Assembly (NCBI GenBank): GCA_963789075.1
Contig: CAWBJQ010000012.1
Coordinates: 23,306-87,305 of the forward strand
DNA from: an uncultured Acidobacteriota bacterium
GTDB lineage: Bacteria > Acidobacteriota > Vicinamibacteria > Vicinamibacterales > CAVVIG01
DNA length: 64,000 nt
Direction of reading: 5' to 3'
This document shows, piece by piece, positions 50,860 through 61,254 of the stretch (its first letter is position 1; every line of letters starts with the position of its first letter). A program made the translations under genes and the position numbers. The notes beneath the pieces are model-generated. The model worked only from the letters and a program-made list of their open reading frames with translations. It had not been told where the DNA came from and made no database searches.

Positions 50860-51971
50860 GCGCGAGCGCTCACCGCATCGAATCGCTCGACGTGTTCCGC
50901 GGGTTCGCCGTCGCCAGCATGATCCTGGTCAATAACCCAGGCAGCTGGGATCATGTGTTCGCGCCGCTCGAGCACTCCACCTGGAACGGCTGCTCCTTCG
51001 CGGACGTCGTCTTCCCGTTCTTCATTTTCATCCTCGGCATGGCGATGCCCTTCGCCTTCGCGCGCCGCGTGCAACCCGGGCGCGCGCGGACGGCGTTGTA
51101 CGGCCGGATCCTGCGCCGCACGGTGGTGCTGATCATCCTGGGCCTGATCCTGAATGCGGCGGAGGCGCCGTCGGCCGCCCTGCGGATCCCGGGGGTCCTG
51201 CAGCGCATCGCGCTCGTCTATGGCGCCACCGCGCTGATCGTGCTGCACACCAAGCCGCGCCACCGGATCCCGATTGCCGGCATGCTGCTGCTCGTCCACT
51301 GGGCGCTGCTCACGCTCGTGCCATTCGGCGGTGAGCCCGCGGCTGCGCCGACCCCCGAGCACAATCTCGGCGCGTTCATCGATTTCTGGTTTTTCAGCGG
51401 CCACTTGCTGACGCCGCTCGGCGATCCGGAGGGGCTGCTCGGGACCATCCCCGCGATCGGCACGGCGCTGCTCGGTTCGGCCGCGGGTGACTGGATTCGG
51501 CGTCCGCAAGGGACGCGGCCGCGGGTGGCAGGACTGCTGCTCGGCGGCGGCGTGTCGATGCTGATCGGCCTGGCGTGGGCTCTCGTCTGGCCGCTGAACA
51601 AACCGCTTTGGAGCGGCTCGTACGCCTTGCTGACCGCCGGCCTCGCCGCGCTGGCATTCACGGCGTGTTACCTCGTCGTGGACGTGGCGGGCGTGCGCGC
51701 GTGGGCGCGGCCATTCGTGTGGCTCGGCTTCAATCCGCTGGCGATTTATTTTTTGTCCGGTCTGGCCGGCGATCTCGTCGAACAGCCGATGCTCCCCGCT
51801 GGCACCGGCGGGTCGATGAAGACGTGGGTGTTCTGGGAGCTCCTCGAGCCGAGAATCGGCGGCGCCTTCAACGAGGAGTGGGCGTCGCTCGCGTTCGCGG
51901 TTGCCCTCGTGGCCATCTCGCTCGCCGTCGCCGGCGTGATGTATCGCCGCAACATCAGAATCCAGGTATAG
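50856..51971 (+). CDS. HGSNAT-like / DUF1624 membrane acyltransferase
   Basis: RIESLDVFRGFAVASMILVNNPGSW..DVVFPFFIFILGMAMPF, 9-10 TM. The GTG start overlaps the upstream TGA as GTGA. Confidence 0.65.
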   Translation: MSASAHRIESLDVFRGFAVASMILVNNPGSWDHVFAPLEHSTWNGCSFADVVFPFFIFILGMAMPFAFARRVQPGRARTALYGRILRRTVVLIILGLILNAAEAPSAALRIPGVLQRIALVYGATALIVLHTKPRHRIPIAGMLLLVHWALLTLVPFGGEPAAAPTPEHNLGAFIDFWFFSGHLLTPLGDPEGLLGTIPAIGTALLGSAAGDWIRRPQGTRPRVAGLLLGGGVSMLIGLAWALVWPLNKPLWSGSYALLTAGLAALAFTACYLVVDVAGVRAWARPFVWLGFNPLAIYFLSGLAGDLVEQPMLPAGTGGSMKTWVFWELLEPRIGGAFNEEWASLAFAVALVAISLAVAGVMYRRNIRIQV

Positions 51972-52125
51972 CGCGATTCGATTTCCATTCTGTTCTAAAA
52001 TCTCTGTTCTAAAATCGTAGAGATCATCAGGTCGACTTCCTCCTGAACGTGACGCGGCCGTCACGTTTGTGGTACACAGCAATAAGGTGACACTCAATCA
52101 ACGCACACGCCAAAACGTCGTCGAC

Positions 52126-54561
52126 ATGGATCCCGCAAGCGACGCACAGATTCTCGATCTCTTTCGCCGCTGGGGTTATCTGCAGGCGCACCTGGACCCC
52201 CTCGGCCGCCTCGAGCCAGAGCCGCAAGCAGAGTTGGATGCGGTCGGCGACGCTGGCGCGGCGGCGCGGCGCTGGTACTGCGGCTCGATCGGCGCCGACT
52301 TCATGCACATCCCGGATCCGGTGCGCCGGCGATGGATCCAGGAGCAGCTCGAAGCGCCCGCACCGCCGTACGCGAAAGACCCGATTCTCGACCGGCTGAT
52401 CTCGGCTGAGATCTTCGAGGAAGTGCTGCACGCACGGTATCCGGGCACGAAGCGCTTTTCGCTCGAGGGCAGCACGGCGATGATCCCGTTATTGGACGAG
52501 ATCCTCGAAACCTCGTCTGGCCATGGCGCGGTCGAAGCCCTGCTGGGCATGAGCCATCGCGGACGCCTCAACGTGATGGTGCACATCGTCGGCAAGGCGC
52601 CGCGCGAGATCTTCGCGGGCTTCGAGGATCTGAACCCGCGCAGCGTCCTCGGCGGCGGCGACGTGAAATATCACATGGGCGCGACGGGCGACTACGTCGG
52701 ACGATCCGGCCGCTCGCTCCGCATCCAGCTCGTGTCGAATCCCAGCCATCTCGAGGCGGTGATGCCGGTCGTGGTGGGACGGGCGCGCGCGCGGCAGGTG
52801 CGCCTGGACGATGATGGGACGCAGATCGTGCCGATCGTCCTGCACGGCGACGCCGCGTTCGCCGGCCAGGGCATCGTCGCCGAGACGCTCAACTACGCGG
52901 AGATCGACGGCTTCGCCGTCGGCGGCGCCATCCACATCATCGTCAACAACCTGATGGGGTTCACGACGGTCCCGAAGGAGCTGCACGCGACACGCTTCGC
53001 AGCCGACGCGGCCAAGCGGCAGCCGATCCCGATCTTTCACGTCAACGGCGAGGACCTCCAGGCGGTGTCGCGAATCGGACGCCTGGCCGTGGAATACCGG
53101 CGCGCGTTTCACAGCGACGTCGTGATCGACTTGATCGGCTATCGGCGCCACGGCCACAGCGAGGTGGACGATCCGACGGTGACCCATCCGGTGCTGTACA
53201 AGGCGATCATGAGTCGTCCGCCTCTGTGGGAACTGTTCGCGCGCGAGATCGGCGTCGATGCCACGGCGCGTGCGCAGGCGACGTCGCACGGCGATGCGGG
53301 CCGCGCAGGAAGACGCGGGGACGCTGACCGCGCGCCCGATCCTCTCGCCGCTGCCGGACTACTGGCGCGACTACCGCGGCGGCAATCATCGTCCTGAATA
53401 CGACGTCGACACGCGGCTCTCCGCCGAGCTGATCAAAGGGCTCGGCGAAAAGCTGATGCAGGTGCCCGGAGATTTTCACGTCCATCCGAAGGTGAAGCGC
53501 CTGCTCGCGCAGCGCATCGAGATGACGATCGGCAAGCGGCCCGTGGATTACGGCATGGCGGAGGCGCTGGCGTTCGCGTCGCTGGTCAGCCGCGGGGTGC
53601 CCGTCCGGTTGAGCGGTCAGGACAGTCGTCGCGGCACGTTCAATCACCGCCACGCGGTGCTCGTCGACGTCGAGACCGAAGAGCCGCTACATGCCGCTCG
53701 CGCACATCGCGCCCGATCAGGCACGGTGCGAGATCTACAACTCGACGCTGTCGGAAGCGGCGGATCCTCGGGTTCGAGTACGGCTATAGCCGCGACTACC
53801 CGGAAGCGCTCGTCCTCTGGGAAGCGCAGTTCGGCGACTTCGCGAACAGTGCGCAAGTGATCATCGATCAGTTCGTCGCCTCGGCCGAGGACAAATGGCG
53901 GGGCTGGTCGGGGATTACGCTGCTGCTCCCGCACGGTTACGAAGGCCAGGGTCCGGAGCACTCGAGCGCACGCGTCGAGCGGTTCCTGCAGCTGGCGGCC
54001 GAAGACAATATCCAGGTCTGCCAGCCGTCGACGGCGGCGCAGTATTTTCACCTGCTGCGGCGACAGGCGCTTGAGCGTCTGGCGGACGCCGCTCGTCGTG
54101 TTCACGCCGAAGAGCATGCTGCGCCACCCTGGTGCGAGCTCGTCGATCGACGACTTCTCCACCACGACGTTTCGCGCGCGTGCTGCCGGATCGTCACACG
54201 CAGGACGCCCGCCGCATTCTTGTGTGCACCGGTAAGATCGGACACGAGCTGCGGCTCGAGCGCGAGAAGCGGAAGGCCGCGGATATCGGCGATCGTCTCC
54301 ATCGAGCAAATCTATCCATTCCCGCTGACCGAGCTCGCCGACGCGCTGCACGCGCACCCGGCGGCGCGCGAGATCGTCTGGGTGCAGGAGGAGCCGGCCA
54401 ACATGGGCGCACGGTCGTTCGTGATCCCGCGGCTCCGGCGGATCGCCGGAGAGAGACCGGTGCGATCCATCCGCCGATCCGCGTCGGCGAGTCCGGCGAC
54501 CGGTTCGGCCAAAGCCCACGAGATCGAACAGGCGACGCTGCTTCAGCTCGCGTTTGCCTGA
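52126..54561 (+). CDS. sucA: 2-oxoglutarate dehydrogenase E1 component (SucA); about 5 frameshifts
   Basis: ILDLFRRWGYLQAHLDPLG..MSHRGRLNVMVHIVGK..VLHGDAAFAGQGIVAETLN..IHIIVNNLMGFTT..RYGHSEVDDP, then ..AEALAFASLVSRGVPVRLSGQDSRRGTFNHRHAVLVD, then ..QFGDFANSAQVIIDQFVASAEDKW..LLLPHGYEGQGPEHSSARVERFLQL. The fragments span ORFs 52069..53397, 53258..53860 and 53857..54561. Confidence 0.75.
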
Positions 54562-54667
54562 CCATCGCGCGCGACGTTAGGCCCATCGGCGATGGTCCTT
54601 TCGTCCCATCGCGCTTTCGACGATGGTTGGCTATGCTCTGCGGCCCAACCCCCAAAAGGAGGTCCGC

Positions 54668-55375
54668 ATGTTCACGACCATTCGCCGGTATCACGTCAAG
54701 AAACCAGGGCAAGCCGCAGAGGTCGCCCGACGCGTCGAGCGCGGGCTGGTCCCCATCCTCTCGCGGCAGCCGGGGTTCGTCTCGTATTCCCTGATTGACG
54801 CCGGCCAGGACGTCGAGCTTTCCACCAGTGTCTACACAGACCGCTGTGCGGCCGATGCCGCCAATCGGGTCGCCGCATCGTGGGTAAAGGACAATCTGGG
54901 GGATCTCGTCGGTGCCCCCGAGGTGACGATGGGCGAGCGGCTCGTGACCGCCATCGCCGCGCCCGAGCAGCAGAATCTGAATGTCGTCCGCCAGGGCTAC
55001 GCGGCGTTCGGACGCGGCGACATTCCGTGCCTCTTGACCCTGCTGGACCCGCAAGTGTCCTGGACGACGCCGGGGCCGGCGGATCTGCCGACGGCCGGAA
55101 GCCGCCGTGGACACGCCGCGGTCGACGACTTCTTCCGCAGCCTGACGGCGGTCGGCGATTTCCTGCGCTTCGAGCCGAAGGAGTTCATCGCGCAGGGCCA
55201 CCGCGTCATCGTCCTGGGCGACGACACGATGCGCGTGAAAGCGACAGGCAAGAGCGTGGAGGGCCGGTGGACGCACGTGTTCACGATGCGCCAGGGTAAG
55301 ATCATCGCGTTCGAGGAGTTCGGCGATGTGAGCGCGCTCGTCGCGGAGTTGCGCTCGGCACACGCGCACGTGTAG
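54668..55375 (+). CDS. Two-domain protein: ABM/Dabb monooxygenase-like N-domain plus SnoaL/NTF2-like C-domain
   Basis: MFTTIRRYHVKKPGQAAEVARRVERGLVPILSRQPGFVSYSLIDAG...NLNVVRQGYAAFGRGDIP..QGKIIAFEEFGD. Confidence 0.6.
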   Translation: MFTTIRRYHVKKPGQAAEVARRVERGLVPILSRQPGFVSYSLIDAGQDVELSTSVYTDRCAADAANRVAASWVKDNLGDLVGAPEVTMGERLVTAIAAPEQQNLNVVRQGYAAFGRGDIPCLLTLLDPQVSWTTPGPADLPTAGSRRGHAAVDDFFRSLTAVGDFLRFEPKEFIAQGHRVIVLGDDTMRVKATGKSVEGRWTHVFTMRQGKIIAFEEFGDVSALVAELRSAHAHV

Positions 55376-55415
55376 CGACTCTCGATCGGCTTGCCGCTTT
55401 CGTCACGAAGACACG

Positions 55416-55577
55416 TTGCCACAGAGTCACGGAGTCACAGAGAAGCGGGACACGCGCACAGCAATCGCGTCGATCTCGATTCGAGGGGCGTCGCGACGCC
55501 GGTCGGCCTGCAATGCAGGCCGACCCCTCGAATCTGCAGCGCGGCGGAACCTCTGTGCCTCGGTGCCTCTGTGGCAA
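55416..55577. mobile_element. MITE-like dispersed repeat, copy 2
   Basis: Termini ttgccacagag (55416..55426) and ctctgtggcaa (55567..55577). The internal nested palindrome gattcgagggg...ggtcggcctgcaatgcaggccgacc...cctcgaatc is homologous to the 6454..6640 interior. Confidence 0.55.
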
Positions 55578-55631
55578 GAATTCCGGGGCGCCGTTCGAAT
55601 TACAATCGATATTCGAGCGGCCGCGATCCCC

Positions 55632-56577
55632 ATGCGCATCCTTTTTTGCGGCGACACATTTCCCATGGCGCGCGTCATGACGGCAGCGCGTCTGCCCTCC
55701 GACGACATCATCGTCTGCCGGCAGGACGCCGTTCTCCAGGCGCTCGAGGGCGTGGACGTGCTCGTACCGCTGATGACGCGGATCGATCGGCCGTTGATTG
55801 AGGCCGGTCGTTACCGATTGATTCAGCAGTTCGGCACCGGTCTGGAAGGCGTGGACCTCGATGCGGCGCGGGCGCGCGGGATCTGGGTCGCGAACGCGGC
55901 CGCGAGCGCCGCCGCCAACGCCGACTCGGTCGCGGAACATGCAGTGATGCTGATGCTGGCGGTGCTGCGCCAACTGCCGGCGGCGCAGGCGAACGTGCAG
56001 CGCGGGTGTGCTGGGCGCGCCGCTCGGGACGGCATTGACCGGCCGCACGGTCTGTATCGTGGGCCTCGGTGCGGTGGGGCGCGCGCTGGCGGCGCGGCTC
56101 GCGCCCTTCGGCGTCCGGCTGATTGGCGTGACGCGCCGGCCCGATCAGAACCGCACCTCCGACGCTGGGCTGGCCGCGTGCTACGGATTCGACGAACGGA
56201 TGACCGCGTTCGCCGCCGCCGATGTTCTGGTACTCTGTCTACCAGTGACCGCGGAAACTCGTGGCCTGATCGACGTTGCGGCGTTCTCGGCGCTCCCGGA
56301 CGGCGCGTGCCTTGTGAATGTCGCACGCGGCGGTCTCGTGGACTACGCAGCGGCGTTCGACGCCTTGTCAAGTGGACGACTGCGGGGCGCGGGCCTCGAC
56401 GTCTTCTGGCAGGAACCGATCGCGCCAGACGATCCGCTGCTGGCGCTGCCCAACGTCATCGCGACGGCGCACGTGGGCGGCGTCACCGACCGTTCGTACG
56501 CCGGCATCGTCGATGCCGTGGTCGACAACATCGAGCGCCTGCGTCGCGGCGAGCCGCCGGCGCACCGGGCAGCCTGA
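55632..56577 (+). CDS. D-isomer-specific 2-hydroxyacid dehydrogenase (NAD-binding); one frameshift near 56005
   Basis: MRILFCGDTF..GTGLEGVDLDAARARGIWVANA..VAEHAVMLML, then shifts to GRTVCIVGLGAVGRALAARL..CLVNVARGGLVD..LDVFWQEP..TAHVGG. Confidence 0.7.
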
Positions 56578-56593
56578 AGGACGCGGAGGGGTC

Positions 56594-56806
56594 GTGTTTG
56601 TGTGGTTCGAAAAAGGCGGCGACTTCCTGCGCTATGAAGCGCGGGACCTGTCAAATGGCCGCTACGAGTTGCGGATTATCGACGCCGACGGGACCGAGCG
56701 GACCGAAACGTTCACCGATTCAACCGCGCTGAACAAGCGTCAGATCGACTTGGAGCGCGAGCTCGCCGCCAACGGGTGGACCGGCCCGCACGGATGGAAT
56801 CTCTGA
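56594..56806 (+). CDS. Small (about 70-aa) hypothetical protein, GTG start after a ggaggg Shine-Dalgarno (speculative)
   Basis: VFVWFEKGGDFLRYEARDLSNGRYELRIIDADGTERTETFTDSTALNKRQIDLERELAANGWTGPHGWNL. Confidence 0.35.
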   Translation: MFVWFEKGGDFLRYEARDLSNGRYELRIIDADGTERTETFTDSTALNKRQIDLERELAANGWTGPHGWNL

Positions 56807-56807
56807 G

Positions 56808-58070
56808 ATGTCGCGCACAATCACCTGGAGTCTGGGAGCCGCGGCTCTGCTGCTGGCGTCATGCTTGGCGTTCGAAGTGTCTGCCACCGGAGCGTCGCAG
56901 GCTCCAGCCGTACCGGCGCCGCCACCGGCCGCGACGCCGGCCCGTTACGCCGGATCGGAGGCCTGTCGCACCTGCCACGCGTCCACCTACGATCGATGGA
57001 AGCGCACGCGCATGGCGAACGTCGTCCGCGATCCGCATACGAATCCGGATGCGATCATCCCCGACCTGTCCGTCCCCAATCCGCTCGTCACCTTCAAGGC
57101 CAGCGACATCGCGTTCGTGTACGGCAGCAAATGGAAGCAGCGCTACTTCACGCGCATCGGCGACGACTACTACCCCTTTCCGGCGCAGTGGGATGTGACG
57201 CATAAGCAGTGGCGTCCGTATTTCGCCGCCGCCGGTACCGACTGGTGGACGACGCACTACCCGCCGGACAACATGAAGCGGCCGACCGGGCCGCTCTGCG
57301 ACGGCTGCCATTCCGTCAACTACGACATTGCGACGAAGCGCGTGACCGAATGGAACGTCGGCTGCGAAAAGTGCCACGGCCCGGGCGCCGCGCACGTGGA
57401 CGATCCGTCGCGCGCGAACATCATCAACCCCGCGCGTCTCGACACGGTGCGTGCGAACGACACGTGCATCCAGTGCCATTCGCAGGGACAGCCGCTCACG
57501 AATCCGATCCGCGGCCAGTATTACGACTGGCCCGTCGGCTTTCACCAGGGGCTCGATCTGAAGAATTTCTGGAAGCTGGAAGATCACACGCTGGGCACGA
57601 CGACCTTCACGCATTACGCGGACGGCACCGCGCACAAGAATCGGATGCAGGGCAACGACTTCGTGACCAGCCTGATGTACACGCGCGGGGTCACCTGCTT
57701 CAGCTGCCACGACGTCCACGGCACGCCGAACAGCGCGGACCTCATCAAGCCCGCGGCCGAAGTGTGCCTGACGTGCCACGGCCCGAAATCGCCGAACGGC
57801 CCGCATACCGCGACGATTGAGCAGCACACCCATCACCGTGCCGGCTCGGCCGGCAACGAGTGCGTGTCGTGTCACATGCCGAAGATCGAGCAGACGCTCG
57901 GCGATGTGATGGTGCGCAGCCACACGTTCAAGTTCATCACGCCGGCGGTCTCGGAGACGCTGAAGGTGCCGAACGCGTGCGTGACCTGCCACAAGGACAA
58001 GACCAACGCGTGGGCAACCGAGGCGCTGGCGTCGTGGCCGGAGTTCTCACCGTGGCGCGTCGGTCGCTGA
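56808..58070 (+). CDS. Periplasmic multihaem c-type cytochrome (8 CxxCH motifs), intact 420 aa
   Basis: CRTCH, CDGCH, CEKCH, CIQCH, CFSCH, CLTCH, CVSCH, CVTCH, plus a signal peptide. Confidence 0.8.
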   Translation: MSRTITWSLGAAALLLASCLAFEVSATGASQAPAVPAPPPAATPARYAGSEACRTCHASTYDRWKRTRMANVVRDPHTNPDAIIPDLSVPNPLVTFKASDIAFVYGSKWKQRYFTRIGDDYYPFPAQWDVTHKQWRPYFAAAGTDWWTTHYPPDNMKRPTGPLCDGCHSVNYDIATKRVTEWNVGCEKCHGPGAAHVDDPSRANIINPARLDTVRANDTCIQCHSQGQPLTNPIRGQYYDWPVGFHQGLDLKNFWKLEDHTLGTTTFTHYADGTAHKNRMQGNDFVTSLMYTRGVTCFSCHDVHGTPNSADLIKPAAEVCLTCHGPKSPNGPHTATIEQHTHHRAGSAGNECVSCHMPKIEQTLGDVMVRSHTFKFITPAVSETLKVPNACVTCHKDKTNAWATEALASWPEFSPWRVGR

Positions 58071-59321
58071 GAGCGACGGCGCCGCGCTGACGTGCAGGAG
58101 CACCTTCCCGCCGGCCATGAGGACACCGGCAATCGCCGCGCACAGAAAGAACACCGCGCGGATGCCGATCAGCTCGGCGAAGATCCCGGACAGAATCAGC
58201 CCGCCGATCTGCGCGAGGAAGACGACCGACGTGACCGTGCTCGACACGCGGCCGAGCATCGCGTGCGGCGTCTCCTGCTGCATCAGCGTCTGGGCCGGCA
58301 CCATGATCGCCGCGAACGCGAAGCCGATGACGAACGCGCCGGCCAGCGTCGCCGAGATCAGAGGCACCGCGCCGAGCAGCAGCACGCCGGCGCCGATGCC
58401 CGCGAGGCCGGAAAACACGAGCGTGTCGTTTTTCACGTGCCGCGCGAGCACGCGGATGCCCTGCGTGCCGGCGAGCAGCCCGACGCCGATCATGCCGCTG
58501 ACGAAGCCGAACAGCCGTGCGGCGGCGTGAAGCGTTTCGCGCACGTAGATCGCAATCAGCGGCCCGAAGCACCCGATGGTGAACAGCCCCGCCGCCATCG
58601 CCAGCACCACGAACAGTACCGCCGCGTGGTGCAGGATGAATGTCATCCCCTGCCCCATGTCGGTCCAGATGGCATGAATGCGATTGCCAGACGATTCCGT
58701 CGGCGCCGCGACGGCTGGCGGCCGCCGGATCACGACCGATCCGATGAGACTCGCCGAGACGAGGAAGCTCAGGACGTCCACGGCGTAGCACGACGCCGGC
58801 CCGAACGCGGCGACCATCGCGCCCGCCGTCGCCGGCCCGACGATACGGCTGCCCAGGAACGCGATCTGCATCAGGGCGTTCGCCGAGATGAGCCCTTCGT
58901 TCGGCACATGACTGCGGATCGTGACCGATTGCGCCGGGCCGAAAAAGCTCGAGACGGAGCTGAGCAGCGCGAGCACCACGTAGACCTGCCAGATGGATGT
59001 CGTCCCGATCAGCAGCAGAGCCAGCAGCGCGCGCAGGAGATCGCTGGCGATTAGCGTCGGCTTCAAGGGCCAGCGATCGACGAACACGCCGGCAAGCGGA
59101 CCGAGAATCACCAGCGGCAGCATGTAGGCGATCTGCACACCGGTGAGCTGATTCGGCGTGCCGTGCATGCGGAACGACACGACGGCGATCACGGCGAAGA
59201 GCGCAAGGAAATCGCCGAACAGGCTGACGATCTGCGCGTACCACACGCGGCGGATGACGTCGCCGCGCAGCACCTGGCGGAACGTGAGCGGCGTCGGCGC
59301 GGCAGAGACGTTTTCCGGCAT
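58047..59321 (-). CDS. MFS transporter (12 TM), intact
   Basis: MPENVSAAPTPLTFRQVLRGDVIRRVWYAQIVSLFGDFLALFAVIAVV... converges on the cytochrome gene with a 24-nt overlap. Confidence 0.75.
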   Translation of the reverse strand: MPENVSAAPTPLTFRQVLRGDVIRRVWYAQIVSLFGDFLALFAVIAVVSFRMHGTPNQLTGVQIAYMLPLVILGPLAGVFVDRWPLKPTLIASDLLRALLALLLIGTTSIWQVYVVLALLSSVSSFFGPAQSVTIRSHVPNEGLISANALMQIAFLGSRIVGPATAGAMVAAFGPASCYAVDVLSFLVSASLIGSVVIRRPPAVAAPTESSGNRIHAIWTDMGQGMTFILHHAAVLFVVLAMAAGLFTIGCFGPLIAIYVRETLHAAARLFGFVSGMIGVGLLAGTQGIRVLARHVKNDTLVFSGLAGIGAGVLLLGAVPLISATLAGAFVIGFAFAAIMVPAQTLMQQETPHAMLGRVSSTVTSVVFLAQIGGLILSGIFAELIGIRAVFFLCAAIAGVLMAGGKVLLHVSAAPSLSATDAPR

Positions 59322-59465
59322 AGCGGGGATACCTGCGACACGGCGACGCCCATCGGCGCCGACCAACGGCACGGTGTTCAACGAGAATGCGAATGAGACC
59401 GGCTGGCTCGGCGAGACAAACCGCTGAGGTTGAACGGCGCCTGAATGTGCGCGATCATAGTCCAA

Positions 59466-59666
59466 ATGTCCACAGAACTTCGCGCGCCCCTGACGGGCTG
59501 GGAACTGATCTCGCTCGCGCAGAAAATTGCGCGAGACGCCGAGCATCACGCGATTCTGTCGGCGTCGCTGGCCAGTCAAGCGGACCGTTTGATGCGCGCC
59601 GGTCTGCAGTCGCTCGATCCGCCGGTTCCTCCGGCCGCGCGCACGTCCACCCGCCTGCACCCGTAA
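59466..59666 (+). CDS. Small hypothetical protein (speculative)
   Basis: MSTELRAPLTGWELISLAQKIARDAEHHAILSASLASQADRLMRAGLQSL... Confidence 0.3.
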   Translation: MSTELRAPLTGWELISLAQKIARDAEHHAILSASLASQADRLMRAGLQSLDPPVPPAARTSTRLHP

Positions 59667-59748
59667 CGATCGCATAAGTCGCGCCGCCCGCTTTCGCCGC
59701 GCCCGCGCCTGTGGGAGAATGGCGAGCCAGACCTTTCGAAAGGACAGT

Positions 59749-60144
59749 ATGCGTTTTCCGTTGGCGGCCGCCGTGCTATGCGCGGCTGTACTTGCAACAA
59801 TCTCCTGCGGCGGCGTCGTCGATCCGTCGAACAACGTGACCGAGACGTTCACGGGCACGTTGCAACCCGGCGGGGTCGCGGCCTTCCCGTTCTCGACGTC
59901 GAAGTCCGGTGAGTACGCCATCAAGATCACCGCGCTGGCGCCAAACACGAATATCTTTCTGCTGACGACGTATGGAGTCCCGCAAGGAGGGGGCTGCGCG
60001 CCGGTCGCGCAGAATCAATTCTCCGCGTTGAATACCACCGCATTGGCCGGCGCGATCACGCCGGGGACGTGGTGCGTGGCGCTTCAGGATCTGGGCGTGC
60101 TTACGGTCCCCGAAACGTTCACACTCACCGTGGCGCACCCCTGA
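59749..60144 (+). CDS. Small lipoprotein (lipobox ATISC)
   Basis: MRFPLAAAVLCAAVLATISCGGVVDPSNNVTETFTGTLQPGG... Confidence 0.5.
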   Translation: MRFPLAAAVLCAAVLATISCGGVVDPSNNVTETFTGTLQPGGVAAFPFSTSKSGEYAIKITALAPNTNIFLLTTYGVPQGGGCAPVAQNQFSALNTTALAGAITPGTWCVALQDLGVLTVPETFTLTVAHP

Positions 60145-60264
60145 CGTTATCGCGGCATCCTCGAGTGGCGTCCATCCGCTGATTCGACACTCAACGTTGA
60201 CCTACCCTCATCTCGTAGCGCAGGCCGCCGCGCTACGCCGCCCGCGATTAGGGATAATGGTCGA

Positions 60265-61062
60265 GTGTCGACGCTCGAGTCGAAGATCGATGACCTGTAT
60301 TGCGGAGCGCTCGACGAGTTCACCGCCGCGCGCAACGCGCTTGCCAAAACACTGAGCGGCGCCGAGGCGGCCCGCGTCCGCAAGCTCGCCAAGCCGAGTC
60401 TCGTGCCCTGGGCCGTGAATCAGCTGTACTGGCGCTCCCGCCCGACCTACGATCGCCTACTGACCAGCGGAGCGCGTCTGCGCAAGACGCAGATCGACGC
60501 GCTGGAAGGACGCCGCGCCGATGTCCGCGCGGCCGGCGAAGCGCACCGCGCCGCCATCGCTGATGCTGTCAAAGAGGCGTCGCGACTCGCAGCGGCCGCC
60601 GGCGTCCACCCTGCGCCGGACGCGTTGACGCGGACGATTGAGGCGCTGTCGCTGATGCGCGAGGCGTCGGACCCGCCAGGCCGTCTCACCGAGGCGCTGC
60701 AGCCCGCCGGCTTCGAGGCGCTGGCCGGTGTGCCCGTCCGCGCCGTTGCGCCGCGCGTGCGTTCCACGGAAACCGGCCGCAAGCGCCAAGCCCACGAACC
60801 TGGCGAACTCGATGAACCCCGCGAACCGCGCGAACCACGCGCACACGCGTCGGCACCTCGCGAACCCACGAAGCAAGAGCGGGAGGCAGCGCGCCAGCGC
60901 GAGGCCGCCACTCGCGCGCACGCCGCGGCGGTGCAAAAAGCGGAAGCGACGCTCGCACGCGCACAAAGCGCCGCCGCTCTGGCCCGAGAAGCCGCCGAGT
61001 GCGCCGACAAAGCGGTCGCCGACGCAGAAGCGAACCTCAGGACCGTTCAGACCAAGTCGTAG
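60265..61062 (+). CDS. Hypothetical protein with an Ala/Arg/Glu-rich coiled-coil C-terminus (GTG start)
   Basis: The 265-aa ORF starts VSTLESKIDDLYCGALDEFTAARNALAK... Confidence 0.45.
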   Translation: MSTLESKIDDLYCGALDEFTAARNALAKTLSGAEAARVRKLAKPSLVPWAVNQLYWRSRPTYDRLLTSGARLRKTQIDALEGRRADVRAAGEAHRAAIADAVKEASRLAAAAGVHPAPDALTRTIEALSLMREASDPPGRLTEALQPAGFEALAGVPVRAVAPRVRSTETGRKRQAHEPGELDEPREPREPRAHASAPREPTKQEREAARQREAATRAHAAAVQKAEATLARAQSAAALAREAAECADKAVADAEANLRTVQTKS

Positions 61063-61065
61063 CCT

Positions 61066-61161
61066 TCATCACGAAGGCACGGCGAACACGAAGGCCACGA
61101 AGATCATTTCGTACAGATACCCCCCTTCGTGACCTCCGTGTTCTTCGTCTCTCCGTGATGA
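61066..61161. repeat. Long imperfect hairpin built from CACGAAG / CTTCGTG-like heptamers
   Basis: tcatcacgaaggcacggcgaacacgaaggccacgaagatcat...ccttcgtgacctccgtgttcttcgtctctccgtgatga. Confidence 0.6.
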
Positions 61162-61185
61162 GCGGGGGTGGCCCCCTACCACCGC

Positions 61186-61254
61186 AGCACCCTAGCACCC
61201 TAGCACCCAGCACCCCAGCACCCCAGCACCCCAGCACCCCCGCCCCCAGCACCG
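61186..61254. repeat. Tandem heptamer/octamer simple-sequence repeat (AGCACCC[C/T])x8-9
   Basis: agcaccctagcaccctagcacccagcaccccagcaccccagcaccccagcacccccgcccccagcacc lies about 30 nt upstream of the gene at 61286. Confidence 0.8.

Noticed and set aside
58092-59054. Long plus-strand ORFs antisense to the MFS transporter gene (320 aa, 137 aa)
   Set aside because: Arg/Asp/Glu-rich, with no motifs. This is the usual long antisense ORF of a high-GC gene.
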